Assembly (NCBI GenBank): GCA_012514785.1
Contig: JAAYZP010000027.1
Span: forward strand, 1 to 34,671
DNA length: 34,671 nt
Source: Propionibacterium sp.
GTDB taxonomy: Bacteria > Actinomycetota > Actinomycetes > Propionibacteriales > Propionibacteriaceae
Reading direction: 5' to 3'
Part shown: positions 17,088 through 28,299 of the stretch, one piece after another
Layout: each line of letters opens with the position of its first letter
How positions within the stretch are numbered: position 1 is the stretch's first letter
Translations under genes and position numbers: made by a program
The notes under the pieces: generated by a model
The model's database searches: none
Told to the model about the DNA's origin: nothing
The model's input: the letters and a program-made list of their open reading frames with translations, nothing else

Positions 17088-17644
17088 CGAGTGACCTCCC
17101 GCGCGAGCTTGCGTGCGCGCTTCTTGGCCTTCTTCGACGCCTTGCCCACCTTGCCGCCGAGCTCGGCAGCGTGCTTGGCGGCAGCCTTGGAGCGCTGCTC
17201 CGCCCGCCACCCGACGCTGGGCTTGCCCTGCAGGTCCTGCGAGGCGAGCAGCGCGCCGCCGAGGAGCGCCAGGTGCTTCAGCGCCTGCTTCTGGCCGGAC
17301 TTCCGCTCGTCGTGGGCGGTGTCCTTCGCCGGCCACGCGATGGCGACGTCGAGGATGCTGGCCTTCACCAGCATGAACGCGCCGAGGCGACGACCGATCC
17401 CGGTGGCGAACATGACCCCGCCCACCACCTTGACGATGCCGCCGATGCGAACCCACGTCGCGGCCGACTCGGGGACGCTGGAGGAGTAGGAGGCCGGCAC
17501 GACGCGCTGCACCATCGGCGCAGCCTTGTGGACGAAGGCCTCGGCCTCGGGGGCGCTCTCATCCGGCTTGGTGGCGGCTCTCAGGCCGTCCACGATGAAG
17601 TAGCTCGCGAACAGCGAACGGGCAACGAAACGCACAAGACTCAT
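17084..17644 (-). CDS. DoxX family membrane protein
   Basis: RFVARSLFASYFIVDG...ATGIGRR...KHLALLGGALLA...GKPSVGWRA pattern of actinobacterial DoxX proteins. Confidence 0.8.
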   Translation of the reverse strand: MSLVRFVARSLFASYFIVDGLRAATKPDESAPEAEAFVHKAAPMVQRVVPASYSSSVPESAATWVRIGGIVKVVGGVMFATGIGRRLGAFMLVKASILDVAIAWPAKDTAHDERKSGQKQALKHLALLGGALLASQDLQGKPSVGWRAEQRSKAAAKHAAELGGKVGKASKKAKKRARKLAREVTR

Positions 17645-17676
17645 ACCCGAAAGACTACCCGGCTAAGGTGACATTC

Positions 17677-18357
17677 GTGTGTGGAAGGTATGCGGCGACG
17701 GCGAATCCGGACGAATTGGTCGAGGAATTCGACCTCGAGTTCGTCGGCGACGTGGGCGAGGTGGCCGCTCCCCGCTACAACGTGGCTCCCACCGACCCGG
17801 TCCCGACGATCTTCGTTGACGAGGTCGGCGGGCGTCCCGTGCGCCAGCTGGGTGCGAGCTCCTGGGGGCTGATCCCGCCCTGGGCGAGCCGCAAACCCAT
17901 GCGGCTCATCAACGCCCGAGCCGAGACCGTCACAGAGAAGCCATCCTTCCGGGCCGCCATCCGGGCGCGCCGCTGCATCCTGCCCGCGCTCGGCTACTAC
18001 GAATGGCGCTCGGAGAGCGCCGACGGGCGCACCGTCAAGCAGCCGTACTTCCTCCGCCCCGTCGACGGTTCACTGGCGATGGCCGGCATCTTCGAGTTCC
18101 ACAGGAGCGAGTCCGGCTGGATTCGCACGACGTCGATCCTCACCACGGACGCCACCGACGAGTTCGGCTGGGTGCACGACCGGATGCCGATGACGGTGCC
18201 GAAGGACTCGTTGGAGGCCTGGCTGGACCCGCGGGAGACGGACCCGCATCTGGCCGTGGCGCTCCTGGCGACGCCACGGATCGCGCCGCCGTACAAGGTG
18301 TCCCGGGCCGTGGGCAACGTCGCCAATGACGGCCCCCATCTGATCCAGCCGGAATAG
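17677..18357 (+). CDS. SOS response-associated peptidase (SRAP/HMCES/YedK family)
   Basis: MCGRY N-terminus (catalytic Cys2 fixes the start at GTG 17677), RYNVAPT, INARAET, YYEW, HDRMP. Confidence 0.94.
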   Translation: MCGRYAATANPDELVEEFDLEFVGDVGEVAAPRYNVAPTDPVPTIFVDEVGGRPVRQLGASSWGLIPPWASRKPMRLINARAETVTEKPSFRAAIRARRCILPALGYYEWRSESADGRTVKQPYFLRPVDGSLAMAGIFEFHRSESGWIRTTSILTTDATDEFGWVHDRMPMTVPKDSLEAWLDPRETDPHLAVALLATPRIAPPYKVSRAVGNVANDGPHLIQPE

Positions 18358-18376
18358 ATTTCCCCGGGTCGGCGTT
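18351..18376 (+). promoter_or_regulatory. SigH/SigR-dependent promoter (GGAAT-N18-GTT)
   Basis: Exact match to the established SigR/SigH consensus immediately upstream of the sigma gene. Confidence 0.85.
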
Positions 18377-18385
18377 GTGCCTGGC

Positions 18386-19057
18386 ATGAACACCTTGACC
18401 ACGGACCATCGCCTGGGCGTCGTCCTGGGCGCGCTATTGTGCGGGGTGATGAATGCACAGGCTGAGTTGGATGCGGCGGTGGACGCCGACGGTGGCACCG
18501 ACGCGTTCGAGACCGAGGCGCTGGAGCTGGTGAACCGGCTCTACGGCGCCGCACTCGGGATGACGCGCAAGCCGGCGGACGCCGAGGACCTGGTGCAGGA
18601 GACCTACGCGAAGGCCTTCGCTGCGCGCGGCTCCTTCAAGCAGGGCACCAACCTCAAGGCGTGGCTCTACCGGATCCTCACCAACACCTACATCTCCACC
18701 TACCGCAAGGCGCAGCGCTCCCCGAAGCTGAGCAGCGACGACGACGTGCAGGACTGGCAGCTCGCCAGCGCCGCATCGCACGACTCCCGGGGCCTCCGCT
18801 CCGCCGAGATGGAGGCGCTCGACCGCATCCCCGACGGCGCCGTCGCCGACGCCGTGGCGGGCCTGGGTGAGCAGTACCGGGTCGCCGTGTTGCTGAGCGA
18901 CGTCGAGGGCTTCTCCTACAAGGAGATCGCCGAGATCATGGACACGCCCATCGGCACCGTGATGAGCCGTCTCAACCGCGGCCGTTCCAAGCTGCGTACC
19001 GAGCTCGCCGACTACGCCGCCGACCGCGGCATCGGTCGGGGGAGGGCCGAGCGGTGA
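18386..19057 (+). CDS. sigH: ECF sigma factor SigH/SigR
   Basis: [59 protein letters not shown]; alternative start 18446/18449. Confidence 0.93.
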   Translation: MNTLTTDHRLGVVLGALLCGVMNAQAELDAAVDADGGTDAFETEALELVNRLYGAALGMTRKPADAEDLVQETYAKAFAARGSFKQGTNLKAWLYRILTNTYISTYRKAQRSPKLSSDDDVQDWQLASAASHDSRGLRSAEMEALDRIPDGAVADAVAGLGEQYRVAVLLSDVEGFSYKEIAEIMDTPIGTVMSRLNRGRSKLRTELADYAADRGIGRGRAER

Positions 19058-19311
19058 GCGAGACCTCCCACGGACACGACGAGCTGGACGAGTGCGTGGC
19101 GGCGCTCACGCAGGTCCACGCGTTCCTCCACGGCGAGCTCCTGGAAGCCGACGCCGACGTCATCCGCCACCACCTGCACGCCTGTGAACGATGTATGGAG
19201 AACTTCGAGATCGAATCGACGATCAACGAGATGATCCAGCGAGCGCACCGCGTCCCGAAGGCGCCTGCCTCGCTGTCGATCAGGATCGAGAGCCTGAGGA
19301 TCCAGCGCTGA
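19054..19311 (+). CDS. rshA: Zinc-binding anti-sigma factor (RshA/RsrA)
   Basis: HLHACERC (HxxxCxxC ZAS motif); GTGA overlap with sigH. Confidence 0.9.
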   Translation: MSETSHGHDELDECVAALTQVHAFLHGELLEADADVIRHHLHACERCMENFEIESTINEMIQRAHRVPKAPASLSIRIESLRIQR

Positions 19312-19324
19312 CCCAAGGAAAACC

Positions 19325-19351
19325 AAAGCCCCCGCGGACGGCGGGGGCTTT
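19325..19351. terminator. Bidirectional intrinsic terminator
   Basis: AAAGCCCCCGC-ggacg-GCGGGGGCTTT between convergent rshA and bL37 genes. Confidence 0.85.
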
Positions 19352-19360
19352 CGTGTGTCG

Positions 19361-19435
19361 TCAGGCGTTGGGGCGCTTGCCGTGGTTGGCATTGCCCTTG
19401 CGACGCGCCTTGCGCTTGCGTCCCCTCTTGCTCAT
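19361..19435 (-). CDS. 50S ribosomal protein bL37 (24 aa, actinobacterial)
   Basis: MSKRGRKRKARRKGNANHGKRPNA; SD AGGAG; expected position next to rshA. Confidence 0.92.
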   Translation of the reverse strand: MSKRGRKRKARRKGNANHGKRPNA

Positions 19436-19489
19436 CTTCACTCCTATCGGGTTGATGGACCAACGCCCCATTGTGGCACAGTTGTCGCC

Positions 19490-20950
19490 ATGCGCGACGC
19501 CCACAACCTCTCCGACGACCAATGGCTGGACGCTTTCGTCGGCCAGTGGCACTTCCTGGCAGACCTCAGTTTCTCGGACCTGGTGATGTGGTTACCGACC
19601 GACGAGACGGCCGAACGCTTCGTCTGCAAGGCCCAGATCCGGCCCGTCACCGGGCCGACCGCGTTGGAGGACGACGTCGTCGGTGAGATCATCGAGCACG
19701 AGCCCGACCACCCTGTCCAGGTGGCCTGGATGACGCACGAGATCGCGGAGACCAGCGACAACCAACTCAACGCGGGCATCCCCGTCGACGTGTGGGCCGT
19801 GCCCGTGCTGCGCAACGATCGGCCCATCGCAGTCATCGAGCGGCACACCAACCAGATGGGGGTGCGCGCCACCGGTGCGCTGGAGGAGAGCTACATCGAC
19901 ATCGCGGAGGTGCTCACCCAGATGCTGCTGCGCGGGGAGTTCCCGCTGATGCAGCCCTCGGACAAGGCGCTGGCGCCCCGCGTGGCCGACGGCGTGCTCC
20001 GGGTGATGCCCGACGGCGTGATCAGCTTCGCGAGCCCCAACGCGGTCACCGGCTACCGACGACTCGGAGCGCTGGGCGACATCGAGGGGGAGTCCTTCCG
20101 GGAGCTGACCCGCTCGCTCCGGCAGGGCGTGGAATCGGTGGGGCAGACGGTCGGCAAGGACATGGACGGCACGCTCAGCCTGGAGTTCGAGATCGAGCAG
20201 CGCAACGCCTCCATGCGCTTCCTGCTGCTCCCGCTCTGGCTGGAGCGGACCTCGGCCGGGATGCTGGTGCTCTGCAGGGACACGACTGACCTGCGACGCC
20301 GGGACCGGATGCTGGTCACCAAGGACGCGACGATCCGGGAGATCCACCACCGCGTGAAGAACAACCTGCAGACGGTGGCGGCCCTGCTGCGCATGCAGGC
20401 ACGTCGGCTCAAGTCACCCGAGGGCAAGGACGCGTTGCGCGACGCCATGCGCCGCGTCGGCTCGATCGCCGTCGTCCACGAGACCCTGAGCCAGTCGCTG
20501 ACCGAGGACGTCTCCTTCGACGAGATCTGCGACAAGATCCTCGCCATGGCGGGCGACCTGGCCGCGAAGGCGGGCACGGTCGTGGCGAAGCGGGAGGGGT
20601 CGTTCGGGGTCATCCCGGCGGACGCCGCCACCTCGCTGTCCATGGTGCTCACGGAGCTGTGCCAGAACGCGATCGAACACGGACTCGACGACGCATCCGG
20701 GACCGTGACGGTGATCCCGGAACGCACGCCCAACCACCTGCGGGTCACGGTGACCGACGACGGGGTGGGGCTCGCCGACGACTTCGTGATGGGCCAGCAG
20801 ACCAGCCTGGGGCTGTCGATCATCTCGGCTCTCGTGCACGACATGCTCGGCACGGTGGAACTGGCGCCGCGCGACGACGGCCCCGGCACGAAGGCCGTCG
20901 TCGACCTGCCGCTGGACGCGTTGCGCGCGAAGTCGAAGTCGAAGGAGTGA
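19490..20950 (+). CDS. pdtaS: Cytoplasmic sensor histidine kinase PdtaS
   Basis: LADLSFSDLVMW GAF start, PRVADG, KDATIREIHHRVKNNLQTVAALL, ELCQNAIEHG; convergent with whiB1. Confidence 0.92.
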   Translation: MRDAHNLSDDQWLDAFVGQWHFLADLSFSDLVMWLPTDETAERFVCKAQIRPVTGPTALEDDVVGEIIEHEPDHPVQVAWMTHEIAETSDNQLNAGIPVDVWAVPVLRNDRPIAVIERHTNQMGVRATGALEESYIDIAEVLTQMLLRGEFPLMQPSDKALAPRVADGVLRVMPDGVISFASPNAVTGYRRLGALGDIEGESFRELTRSLRQGVESVGQTVGKDMDGTLSLEFEIEQRNASMRFLLLPLWLERTSAGMLVLCRDTTDLRRRDRMLVTKDATIREIHHRVKNNLQTVAALLRMQARRLKSPEGKDALRDAMRRVGSIAVVHETLSQSLTEDVSFDEICDKILAMAGDLAAKAGTVVAKREGSFGVIPADAATSLSMVLTELCQNAIEHGLDDASGTVTVIPERTPNHLRVTVTDDGVGLADDFVMGQQTSLGLSIISALVHDMLGTVELAPRDDGPGTKAVVDLPLDALRAKSKSKE

Positions 20951-20975
20951 GCGTCCGCAGGTGGGCGCTGGGTCG

Positions 20976-21227
20976 CTAGTTGTTGCGTAGCCTCGAGCGG
21001 GCGTTGCGGCGCTTGATCGCGCGGCGCTCGTCCTCGCTCATGCCACCCCAGACCCCATGGTCCTGGCCGGCTTCGAGCGCCCACGCCAGACACTGGTCGA
21101 GGACCTCGCAGCGGTGGCAGATCTTCTTGGCTTCTTCGATCTGGGCCAGAGCCGGCCCGGTGTTGCCCACAGGAAAGAAGAGCTCAGGATCCTCCGTCAG
21201 GCACGCAGCCCTATGACGCCAATCCAT
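20976..21227 (-). CDS. whiB1: WhiB family Fe-S transcriptional regulator WhiB1
   Basis: MDWRHRAACLTEDPELFFPVGNTGPA...CHRC...C...GVWGG. Confidence 0.95.
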   Translation of the reverse strand: MDWRHRAACLTEDPELFFPVGNTGPALAQIEEAKKICHRCEVLDQCLAWALEAGQDHGVWGGMSEDERRAIKRRNARSRLRNN

Positions 21228-21365
21228 CGATGGCACTTCCTTTCTGAGGCCCTCGGCCTCTGCATGAGCTACTGCAACATACTCGCTCAAGACGAATCCA
21301 ACAAGGGGACACCCAGGAATTCACCCGCGCTTGCCCCCTGCCGACCCTTGCGCGAAGCTAGGGTC

Positions 21366-21751
21366 ATGTCTTCGAATCGACGTCGGTTGTTCGAGCCCTT
21401 GAGCTTTGGTCTGGCCATAACTCTAACGGGGCTCACCGCAGTTGCGGTGGTTGTGGCAGGAATCGCGTCCATTCTTTCGCTCGACCTGTTCGGGCTCGGC
21501 GTCGGAGTCATGCTGCTCGTCTACGGCGCCATCATGTGCGCGATCGTCTACGCCGCCTACCGGCGCCACAGCTGGGCCTGGGGCCTGCTGGTGGCCGTCG
21601 CCCTGCTGAACGGGTTCAGCGTCGGGAGCTTCCTGGAGACCGACCAGTGGAGCCAGCGGATCACGATCGGCATCGCGCTGATCTTCATCGTGGCAGCGGG
21701 GATCGCGTCGATCCTGCCGTCCACGAGGCTGGCGATGCAACGCGGTCAGAG

Positions 21752-21755
<4 letters not shown>
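21366..21755 (+). CDS. Hypothetical small membrane protein (about 4 TM)
   Basis: Four hydrophobic segments; fills the gap between whiB1 and galK; GAAGCT-N6-ATG. Confidence 0.75.
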
Positions 21756-22896
<1,141 letters not shown>

Positions 22897-22897
<1 letters not shown>

Positions 22898-23073
22898 CAG
22901 TCGTCCTCGTCATCGAGCCGCGCCAGCCAGGAGGCCAGCCGCTCGATGGGCGTCTCGAACTCGGGGTTGAGGTCCACGAACGTGCGAAGCTGGTCAGCCA
23001 GCCACTCGAACGAGACTTCTTCCTCGCCCCGACGATCCGCGAGCTCCTCGAGCCCGCGGTCGGTGAAATACAC
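22897..23073 (-). CDS. Conserved small acidic actinobacterial protein (DUF6104-like, 58 aa)
   Basis: Hand translation MYFTDRGLEELADRRGEEEVSFEWLADQLRTFVDLNPEFETPIERLASWLARLDDEDD; starts 1 nt after the kgd stop, TGATG overlap with galK; not in ORF track. Confidence 0.85.
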
Positions 23074-23074
23074 C

Positions 23075-26000
23075 TCAGAGCTCCAGGGCGCGGGCCATGA
23101 GCTCGTCCTCCTCGGCCTGGTGACGCCTGAGCGACCCGACCGACGGCGCCGACGACGCGGGACGCGTGATCTGGCGCATCCTGAGGTCGTAGTCGGGCAG
23201 GTACTCCTTGACCGCCGCGGCCAGGTGCATCGACATGTGCGGCCACGGGCCCTGGTTCTCCGGCTCGTCCTGCACGAAGCGCACGTCGGTGACGTGGCGG
23301 TAGCGCTCGAGGATGGCCGCGAGCTCCTCGTCGGGCAGCGGGTAGAGGCGCTCCAGGGCCACGATCGCGATGCGGCCGTCCAGGCCCGCCTTCTCGCGAC
23401 GCGTGGCGAGCTCCCAGCGCACCTTGCCGGAGCAGAGGATGACCGCCTCGACCTTCGACGGATCCGTGATCGTGGGGTCGTCCAGCGCGGGCCGCCAGCG
23501 GCCGGAGGTGAAGTCCTCCGGCATGGAGACCGCGCGCCTGTTGCGCAGCATCGACTTCGGCGTGGCGATGATCACCGGCCGGTGCCAGTTCACGTAGGCG
23601 TGCTGGCGCAGCAGGTGGAAGTAGCTCGCCGGCGTCGACGGCTGGCACACGGCCAGCGCGTCCTCGGCGCAGAGCTGCAGCCACCGCTCGAGACGCGCGG
23701 AACTGTGGTCGGGACCCTGGCCCTCGTAGCCGTGCGGCAGCAGCAGCACGACGCCGGACTTCTGGGTCCACTTCGCGTTGCCGGAGGCGACGAACTCGTC
23801 CGAGATCGTCTGCGCGCCGTTGACGAAGTCGCCGAACTGCGCTTCCCACAGGACCAGCGCGTCCGGGCGTGCGACGGAGTAGCCGTACTCGAAGCCGAGC
23901 GAGGCGTACTCGCTGAGCAGCGAGTCGTAGACGTCGAACGTCGCCTGGTCCTCGGTCAGGTGCTTCAGCGGCACCCAGGCCTCGTTGGTGACGCGGTCGA
24001 CGATGGCGGCGAAGCGCTGCGAGAACGTGCCGCGGCGGCTGTCCTGCCCGGAGAGCCGCACGGGGCGGTTCTCCATCAGCAACGAGCCGATGGCGAGCAT
24101 CTCGGCGGTCGCCCAGTCGATGGGGCCCTCGAGCATCGCCTTGGCGCGACGCTGCATCTGGGGCAGCACCTTCGGGTGCACCGTGAACCCGTCCGGGAAC
24201 TCCGAGTAGCTGTCGGCGATCCGCTGGATCGCCTCGGGCGTGATCTCGGTGAGCCGCTCGTCGGGCTTCGTCGGGTAGTACGGCACCTGGCGGTAGTCGT
24301 CGTCGGCGGGGCTGTCGTCCTCGCGCATCTCCTTGAAGACGCCCTCGAGGCGTTCGCGGAAGCGGTTCATGACGTCCTCGGCGTCCGCCATCGAGATGTC
24401 GCCGCGGCCGATCAGCGCCTCGGTGTACAGGCGGCGGGTGGAGCGCTTCTGCTCGATGAGGTCGTACATCTTCGGCTGCGTGAAGCTCGGGTCGTCGCCC
24501 TCGTTGTGGCCGCGGCGGCGGTAGCAGACGAGGTCGATGACGACGTCCTTGTTGAACCTCTGGCGGTACTCGAACGCCACGCGGGCGGCCCGGATGCAGG
24601 CGTCGGGGTCGTCCCCGTTGACGTGCAGCACGGGGGCGGAGATGGCCTTGGCCACGTCGGTGCAGTACGTGGAGCTCCGCGACTCGATCGGCGCGGTGGT
24701 GAAGCCCACCTGGTTGTTGACCACGACGTGGACGGTGCCGCCGACGCCGTAGCCGCGCAGCTGGCTCATCTGCAGCGTCTCGAACACCACGCCCTGGCCG
24801 GCGAACGAGGCGTCGCCGTGCAACAGGAGCGGCATGACCGAGTAGTCGTCGGTGTCGAGCACGTCCTGCTTCGCGCGGGCGATGCCCATCACGACGGGGT
24901 TGACGGCCTCGAGGTGCGACGGGTTGGCGGCCAGCGACGTCTTGATCGTCTTGCCGTTGGCGGCGACGAACGTGCCCTCGTTGCCGAGGTGGTACTTGAC
25001 GTCACCGGTGCCCGACGTTTCGTGATCGCCGTCGAACTCCTTGAAGATCTGGCCGTACTTCTTGCCGACGATGTTGGCCAGCACGTTGAGGCGGCCGCGG
25101 TGAGGCATGCCGATGGTGACCTCGTCCAGCGAGTCGTTGGCCGCACCCTGCGCGATCTCGTCGAGCAGCACGATCAGCGATTCGCCGCCCTCGAGCGAGA
25201 AGCGCTTCTGGCCGACGAACTTCGTCTGGAGGAAGGTCTCGAAGATCTCCGCCTCGTTGAGCTTGTCCAGCGCGTGCATGTGCTCTTCGTGTGTGAGGGG
25301 CGAGTGGCCCTTCTCCATGCGCGCCTGGAACCATTCGCGCTGCTCCGGGTCCGCGATGTGCATGTATTCGACGGCCAGGGTGCGGCAGTAGGTGTCCTGC
25401 AGGGTGCTGAGGATCTCCCTGAGGGTCAGGTACTGGCGCGGCTGACCCCCGAACGTGCCGACGGCGAACTGGCGGTCGAGGTCCCAGATGGACAGTCCGT
25501 GGGTCTCCAACTGGAGATCGGGGTTGCTGCGCGCGCGGTACTCGAGCGGGTCGATGTCGGCCACCGAATGGCCGAACGTGCGGTAGGCGTTGATCAGCTC
25601 GAGTACGCGGGCCTGCTTGCTGACCTGATTGTCGCGGTGCGCGGAGACGTCGGGGGACCAGCGCAGCGGCTCGTAGGGGATGCGCAGCGCCTCGAAGATC
25701 TCGTCGTAGAAGTTGTTCTCGCCGAGCAGCAGGCCGTGCAGGACCTTGAGGAATTCGCCGGACTCGGCGCCCTGGATCACGCGGTGGTCGTAGGTGGAGG
25801 TGAGCGTGGTCATCTTGGACACGCCCAGCTCCGTGATGCGGGCCAGCGACATGCCCTGGAACTCCGCCGGGTAGTCGATGTTGCCCACGCCGAGGATGAG
25901 CCCCTGGCCGGTCATGAGGCGCGGCACCGAGTGGTTCGTGCCGATGCCGCCCGGGTTGGTGATCGTGGCCGTGGTCTTGGCGAAGTCGTCGACGGTGAGC

Positions 26001-26842
26001 TTGTTGCCCCGCGCCTTGGCGACGACCGCCTCGTAGGCCGACCAGAACTGCGCGAAGTTCAGCGACTCGCAGCCCTTGACGTTCGGCACCAGCAGCTGGC
26101 GGGCACCGCCGTCGCGCTGCACGTCGATGGCGATCCCGAGATTGATCATCGGGTTCTCGACCAGGTTCGGCTTGCCGTCGACCAGCTCGTAGTTGCTGTT
26201 CATGCTCGGCACGGCCTTGAGGGCCTGGATCATCGCGTACGCGATGATGTGCGTGAACGAGACCTTGCCGCCCTTGGACTGGCGGAGGAAGTCGTTGATA
26301 TTGGTGCGCTGGTCGATGACCAGCTTCATCGGCACCGAGCGCACGGAGGTCGCCGTCGGCACGCTGAGCGACGTCTCCATGTTCTTGGCGGTGCGCATCG
26401 GCGCGCCGCGGAGCACCGTGAACTTCGACTCGTTCTCGGTGGGCTCGGGGCGCAGGGTGGGGCTCGGCGCGTTGGCGGAGAGTCCGGCGCCCGAGCCGGG
26501 CTGTGTCGGGGACTCCGACGAGGTGCGCACACTTTCCGTCTTGGGGGACCGCTTCGGGGGAGCGGGTCGCTCCGCAGAGCTGGCGGCGGGCGCGGCCTTC
26601 GGGGCCTCGGCCGCGGGCTGCGGCTCCGGCTTGGTAGCAGGCTTCGGCCGGGGCTTCTCTGCGGGTTCGGTGGCCTGGACAGGAGTGCTCGCGCCCTCGT
26701 TGGCGAAGTACTGCTGCCAGGTGGCGTCGACGGATTGCGGATCGTCCTGGTACTGCTCCCGCATCTCGTCGATCAACCAGGCATTGGCTCCAAAATCATC
26801 GCTGGAATCAACTGTAGACATCTGTGTGAGTGGCTGTGCCAC
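23075..26842 (-). CDS. kgd: Multifunctional 2-oxoglutarate decarboxylase/dehydrogenase with fused E2 domain (Kgd/OdhA)
   Basis: FGANAWL N-terminus, YDHRVIQGAESG, KRFSLEG, HGDASFAGQG, WEAQFGDF; GTG 26842 follows SD AAGGGGA (ORF track starts 26860). Confidence 0.97.
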   Translation of the reverse strand: MAQPLTQMSTVDSSDDFGANAWLIDEMREQYQDDPQSVDATWQQYFANEGASTPVQATEPAEKPRPKPATKPEPQPAAEAPKAAPAASSAERPAPPKRSPKTESVRTSSESPTQPGSGAGLSANAPSPTLRPEPTENESKFTVLRGAPMRTAKNMETSLSVPTATSVRSVPMKLVIDQRTNINDFLRQSKGGKVSFTHIIAYAMIQALKAVPSMNSNYELVDGKPNLVENPMINLGIAIDVQRDGGARQLLVPNVKGCESLNFAQFWSAYEAVVAKARGNKLTVDDFAKTTATITNPGGIGTNHSVPRLMTGQGLILGVGNIDYPAEFQGMSLARITELGVSKMTTLTSTYDHRVIQGAESGEFLKVLHGLLLGENNFYDEIFEALRIPYEPLRWSPDVSAHRDNQVSKQARVLELINAYRTFGHSVADIDPLEYRARSNPDLQLETHGLSIWDLDRQFAVGTFGGQPRQYLTLREILSTLQDTYCRTLAVEYMHIADPEQREWFQARMEKGHSPLTHEEHMHALDKLNEAEIFETFLQTKFVGQKRFSLEGGESLIVLLDEIAQGAANDSLDEVTIGMPHRGRLNVLANIVGKKYGQIFKEFDGDHETSGTGDVKYHLGNEGTFVAANGKTIKTSLAANPSHLEAVNPVVMGIARAKQDVLDTDDYSVMPLLLHGDASFAGQGVVFETLQMSQLRGYGVGGTVHVVVNNQVGFTTAPIESRSSTYCTDVAKAISAPVLHVNGDDPDACIRAARVAFEYRQRFNKDVVIDLVCYRRRGHNEGDDPSFTQPKMYDLIEQKRSTRRLYTEALIGRGDISMADAEDVMNRFRERLEGVFKEMREDDSPADDDYRQVPYYPTKPDERLTEITPEAIQRIADSYSEFPDGFTVHPKVLPQMQRRAKAMLEGPIDWATAEMLAIGSLLMENRPVRLSGQDSRRGTFSQRFAAIVDRVTNEAWVPLKHLTEDQATFDVYDSLLSEYASLGFEYGYSVARPDALVLWEAQFGDFVNGAQTISDEFVASGNAKWTQKSGVVLLLPHGYEGQGPDHSSARLERWLQLCAEDALAVCQPSTPASYFHLLRQHAYVNWHRPVIIATPKSMLRNRRAVSMPEDFTSGRWRPALDDPTITDPSKVEAVILCSGKVRWELATRREKAGLDGRIAIVALERLYPLPDEELAAILERYRHVTDVRFVQDEPENQGPWPHMSMHLAAAVKEYLPDYDLRMRQITRPASSAPSVGSLRRHQAEEDELMARALEL

Positions 26843-26886
26843 ATCCCCTTCGTGAGTCATGTCCCGCAGACTGCTGCGGCTGCTGT

Positions 26887-28128
26887 TCAGAGCTTAGCCA
26901 ATTCCGGCAAAGCGTGCGTACGACTGGACCGGAGCGTGAGCCATAGGGCGTAGCCAGTCATCGCCACCAGGGTGAGGTTGCGCAGGACGAGCACCGCGGT
27001 CTCCGGGCCGGAGCCCAGGGGGAGGGCCATGATGCCGAACGCGCCCCACGGGTAGGTGAACTGGGTCAGCCCGCCGACCACGACCAGCGCCACGGCCAGG
27101 ACGTGGACGTGGCGCCTCAAGCGGTCGTCGTCGACGCGCAGCAGCAGGGCCGCGACGGGGCCACCCAGCCACAGGATGTACTGCGGGGACAGCGTCTTGT
27201 TGACGATGATCGTCATGAGGATGATCGAGAGGACGGCGAGCAGGATCGCGTCGGGCCCGGAGCGCCGCCGGATCAGGAGAACGGCGAGCCCGGCGGTGGC
27301 CACGAAGGACAGGACCGTGAGCACGCCAGCCACGGCGAGCAGCGCTTCGACACCGGGCCCGAAGATCTCCAGCGCGTTGTACTCGGAGAGTTCGATGTGC
27401 CACGACGGGTTGTCGGTGAACGTGCGCAGCCACATCAACGACAGCGCGGGGACCGACTCGATCTGGAGGCCGCGATCGCCCTGCCAGGTGAGGGGATTGG
27501 TGTTGCGCGTCCAACCCTCGACCGCTAGCGAGATCGCCGCCAGCCCGAATCCGGCCGCGACGAATCCGACGACGCGGCCTCGGGCGGGGTGGGCGCTCGG
27601 GTCGGGCGCGAGCATGGGGGCGATGAGCAGCGCCGGCCAGAGTTTGATGGCGGCGCCGACGCCCACCATCGCCCCCGCCAGGCGGGGCCGGGAAACGAGC
27701 CACATGCAGGCCCAGGCCACCAGTGCGGCGGGGAGGAGGTCGAACCGGAACCAGACGATGGCCCCGTTGGCGCCGGTGAAGAGGATCCAGAACAGCGAGC
27801 CCTGCCAGCGCCCCCGCCGGTACAGGCTGAGGGCGACGAGGGCGTCGAGCAGGAGGAAGAAGGCGGTGTGGAGCGCGAACCATCGGTCCCAGCCGCCGCC
27901 GAGGCGGTAGAGCGCGTGGAGGAGCCATACAGCGGGCGGGGGGTACTCGAGCATCACGTCGTCGGCCCCGTTCTCGAGGCGGTCGAGGTGGAACCCGTAG
28001 TAGCTGACGTCGTTGGCGACGAACTTCGCGTCGGGGTGGCGCCACATCAAGTAGATCACGACGCGGGTCACGACGAACAGCAGGATGAGTAGCGTCGGTG
28101 CCAGCAGATCTCGTCGTGGCACTTGCAC
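26887..28128 (-). CDS. GT87/DUF2029-like membrane glycosyltransferase (GT-C)
   Basis: DVSYY, EYPP, RFDLLPA, IKLWP, RGLQIES, NKTLSPQYILWL; multiple TM. Confidence 0.85.
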   Translation of the reverse strand: MQVPRRDLLAPTLLILLFVVTRVVIYLMWRHPDAKFVANDVSYYGFHLDRLENGADDVMLEYPPPAVWLLHALYRLGGGWDRWFALHTAFFLLLDALVALSLYRRGRWQGSLFWILFTGANGAIVWFRFDLLPAALVAWACMWLVSRPRLAGAMVGVGAAIKLWPALLIAPMLAPDPSAHPARGRVVGFVAAGFGLAAISLAVEGWTRNTNPLTWQGDRGLQIESVPALSLMWLRTFTDNPSWHIELSEYNALEIFGPGVEALLAVAGVLTVLSFVATAGLAVLLIRRRSGPDAILLAVLSIILMTIIVNKTLSPQYILWLGGPVAALLLRVDDDRLRRHVHVLAVALVVVGGLTQFTYPWGAFGIMALPLGSGPETAVLVLRNLTLVAMTGYALWLTLRSSRTHALPELAKL

Positions 28129-28153
28129 CCCCTAGTTCATACCGGTCCAGGGG

Positions 28154-28225
28154 CGCCCCCGCGAGGATTCGAACCTCGGCTCCCGCCTCCGGAGGGCGGT
28201 GCTCTATCCCCTGAGCTACGGGGGC
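28154..28225 (-). tRNA. tRNA-Arg(CCG)
   Basis: GCCCCCGTAGCTCAGGGGATAGAGCA-CCGCC-CTCCGGA-GGCGG...GGTTCGAATCC..CGGGGGCG; cloverleaf consistent; CCA not encoded. Confidence 0.96.
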
Positions 28226-28299
28226 CGGCGGGCCTGGGGCCCGAACCTCGGCAAGACTAGCAAAGAATCGCCCTGCGTCCGATTCGATAGGTTGGGGGA

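Noticed and set aside
14875-21227. Clustering of SRAP, sigH, pdtaS and whiB1 as a novel stress island
   Set aside because: This is the known conserved actinobacterial gene neighbourhood, as in the M. tuberculosis whiB1-aroA region
25760-25800. HRVIQG instead of the HxxxDG acyltransferase motif in the Kgd E2 domain
   Set aside because: This is the normal actinobacterial Kgd/OdhA sequence
28129-28299. tRNA-Arg as an integration site
   Set aside because: No integrase and no duplicated tRNA 3' end seen; the flanks look like ordinary chromosomal genes
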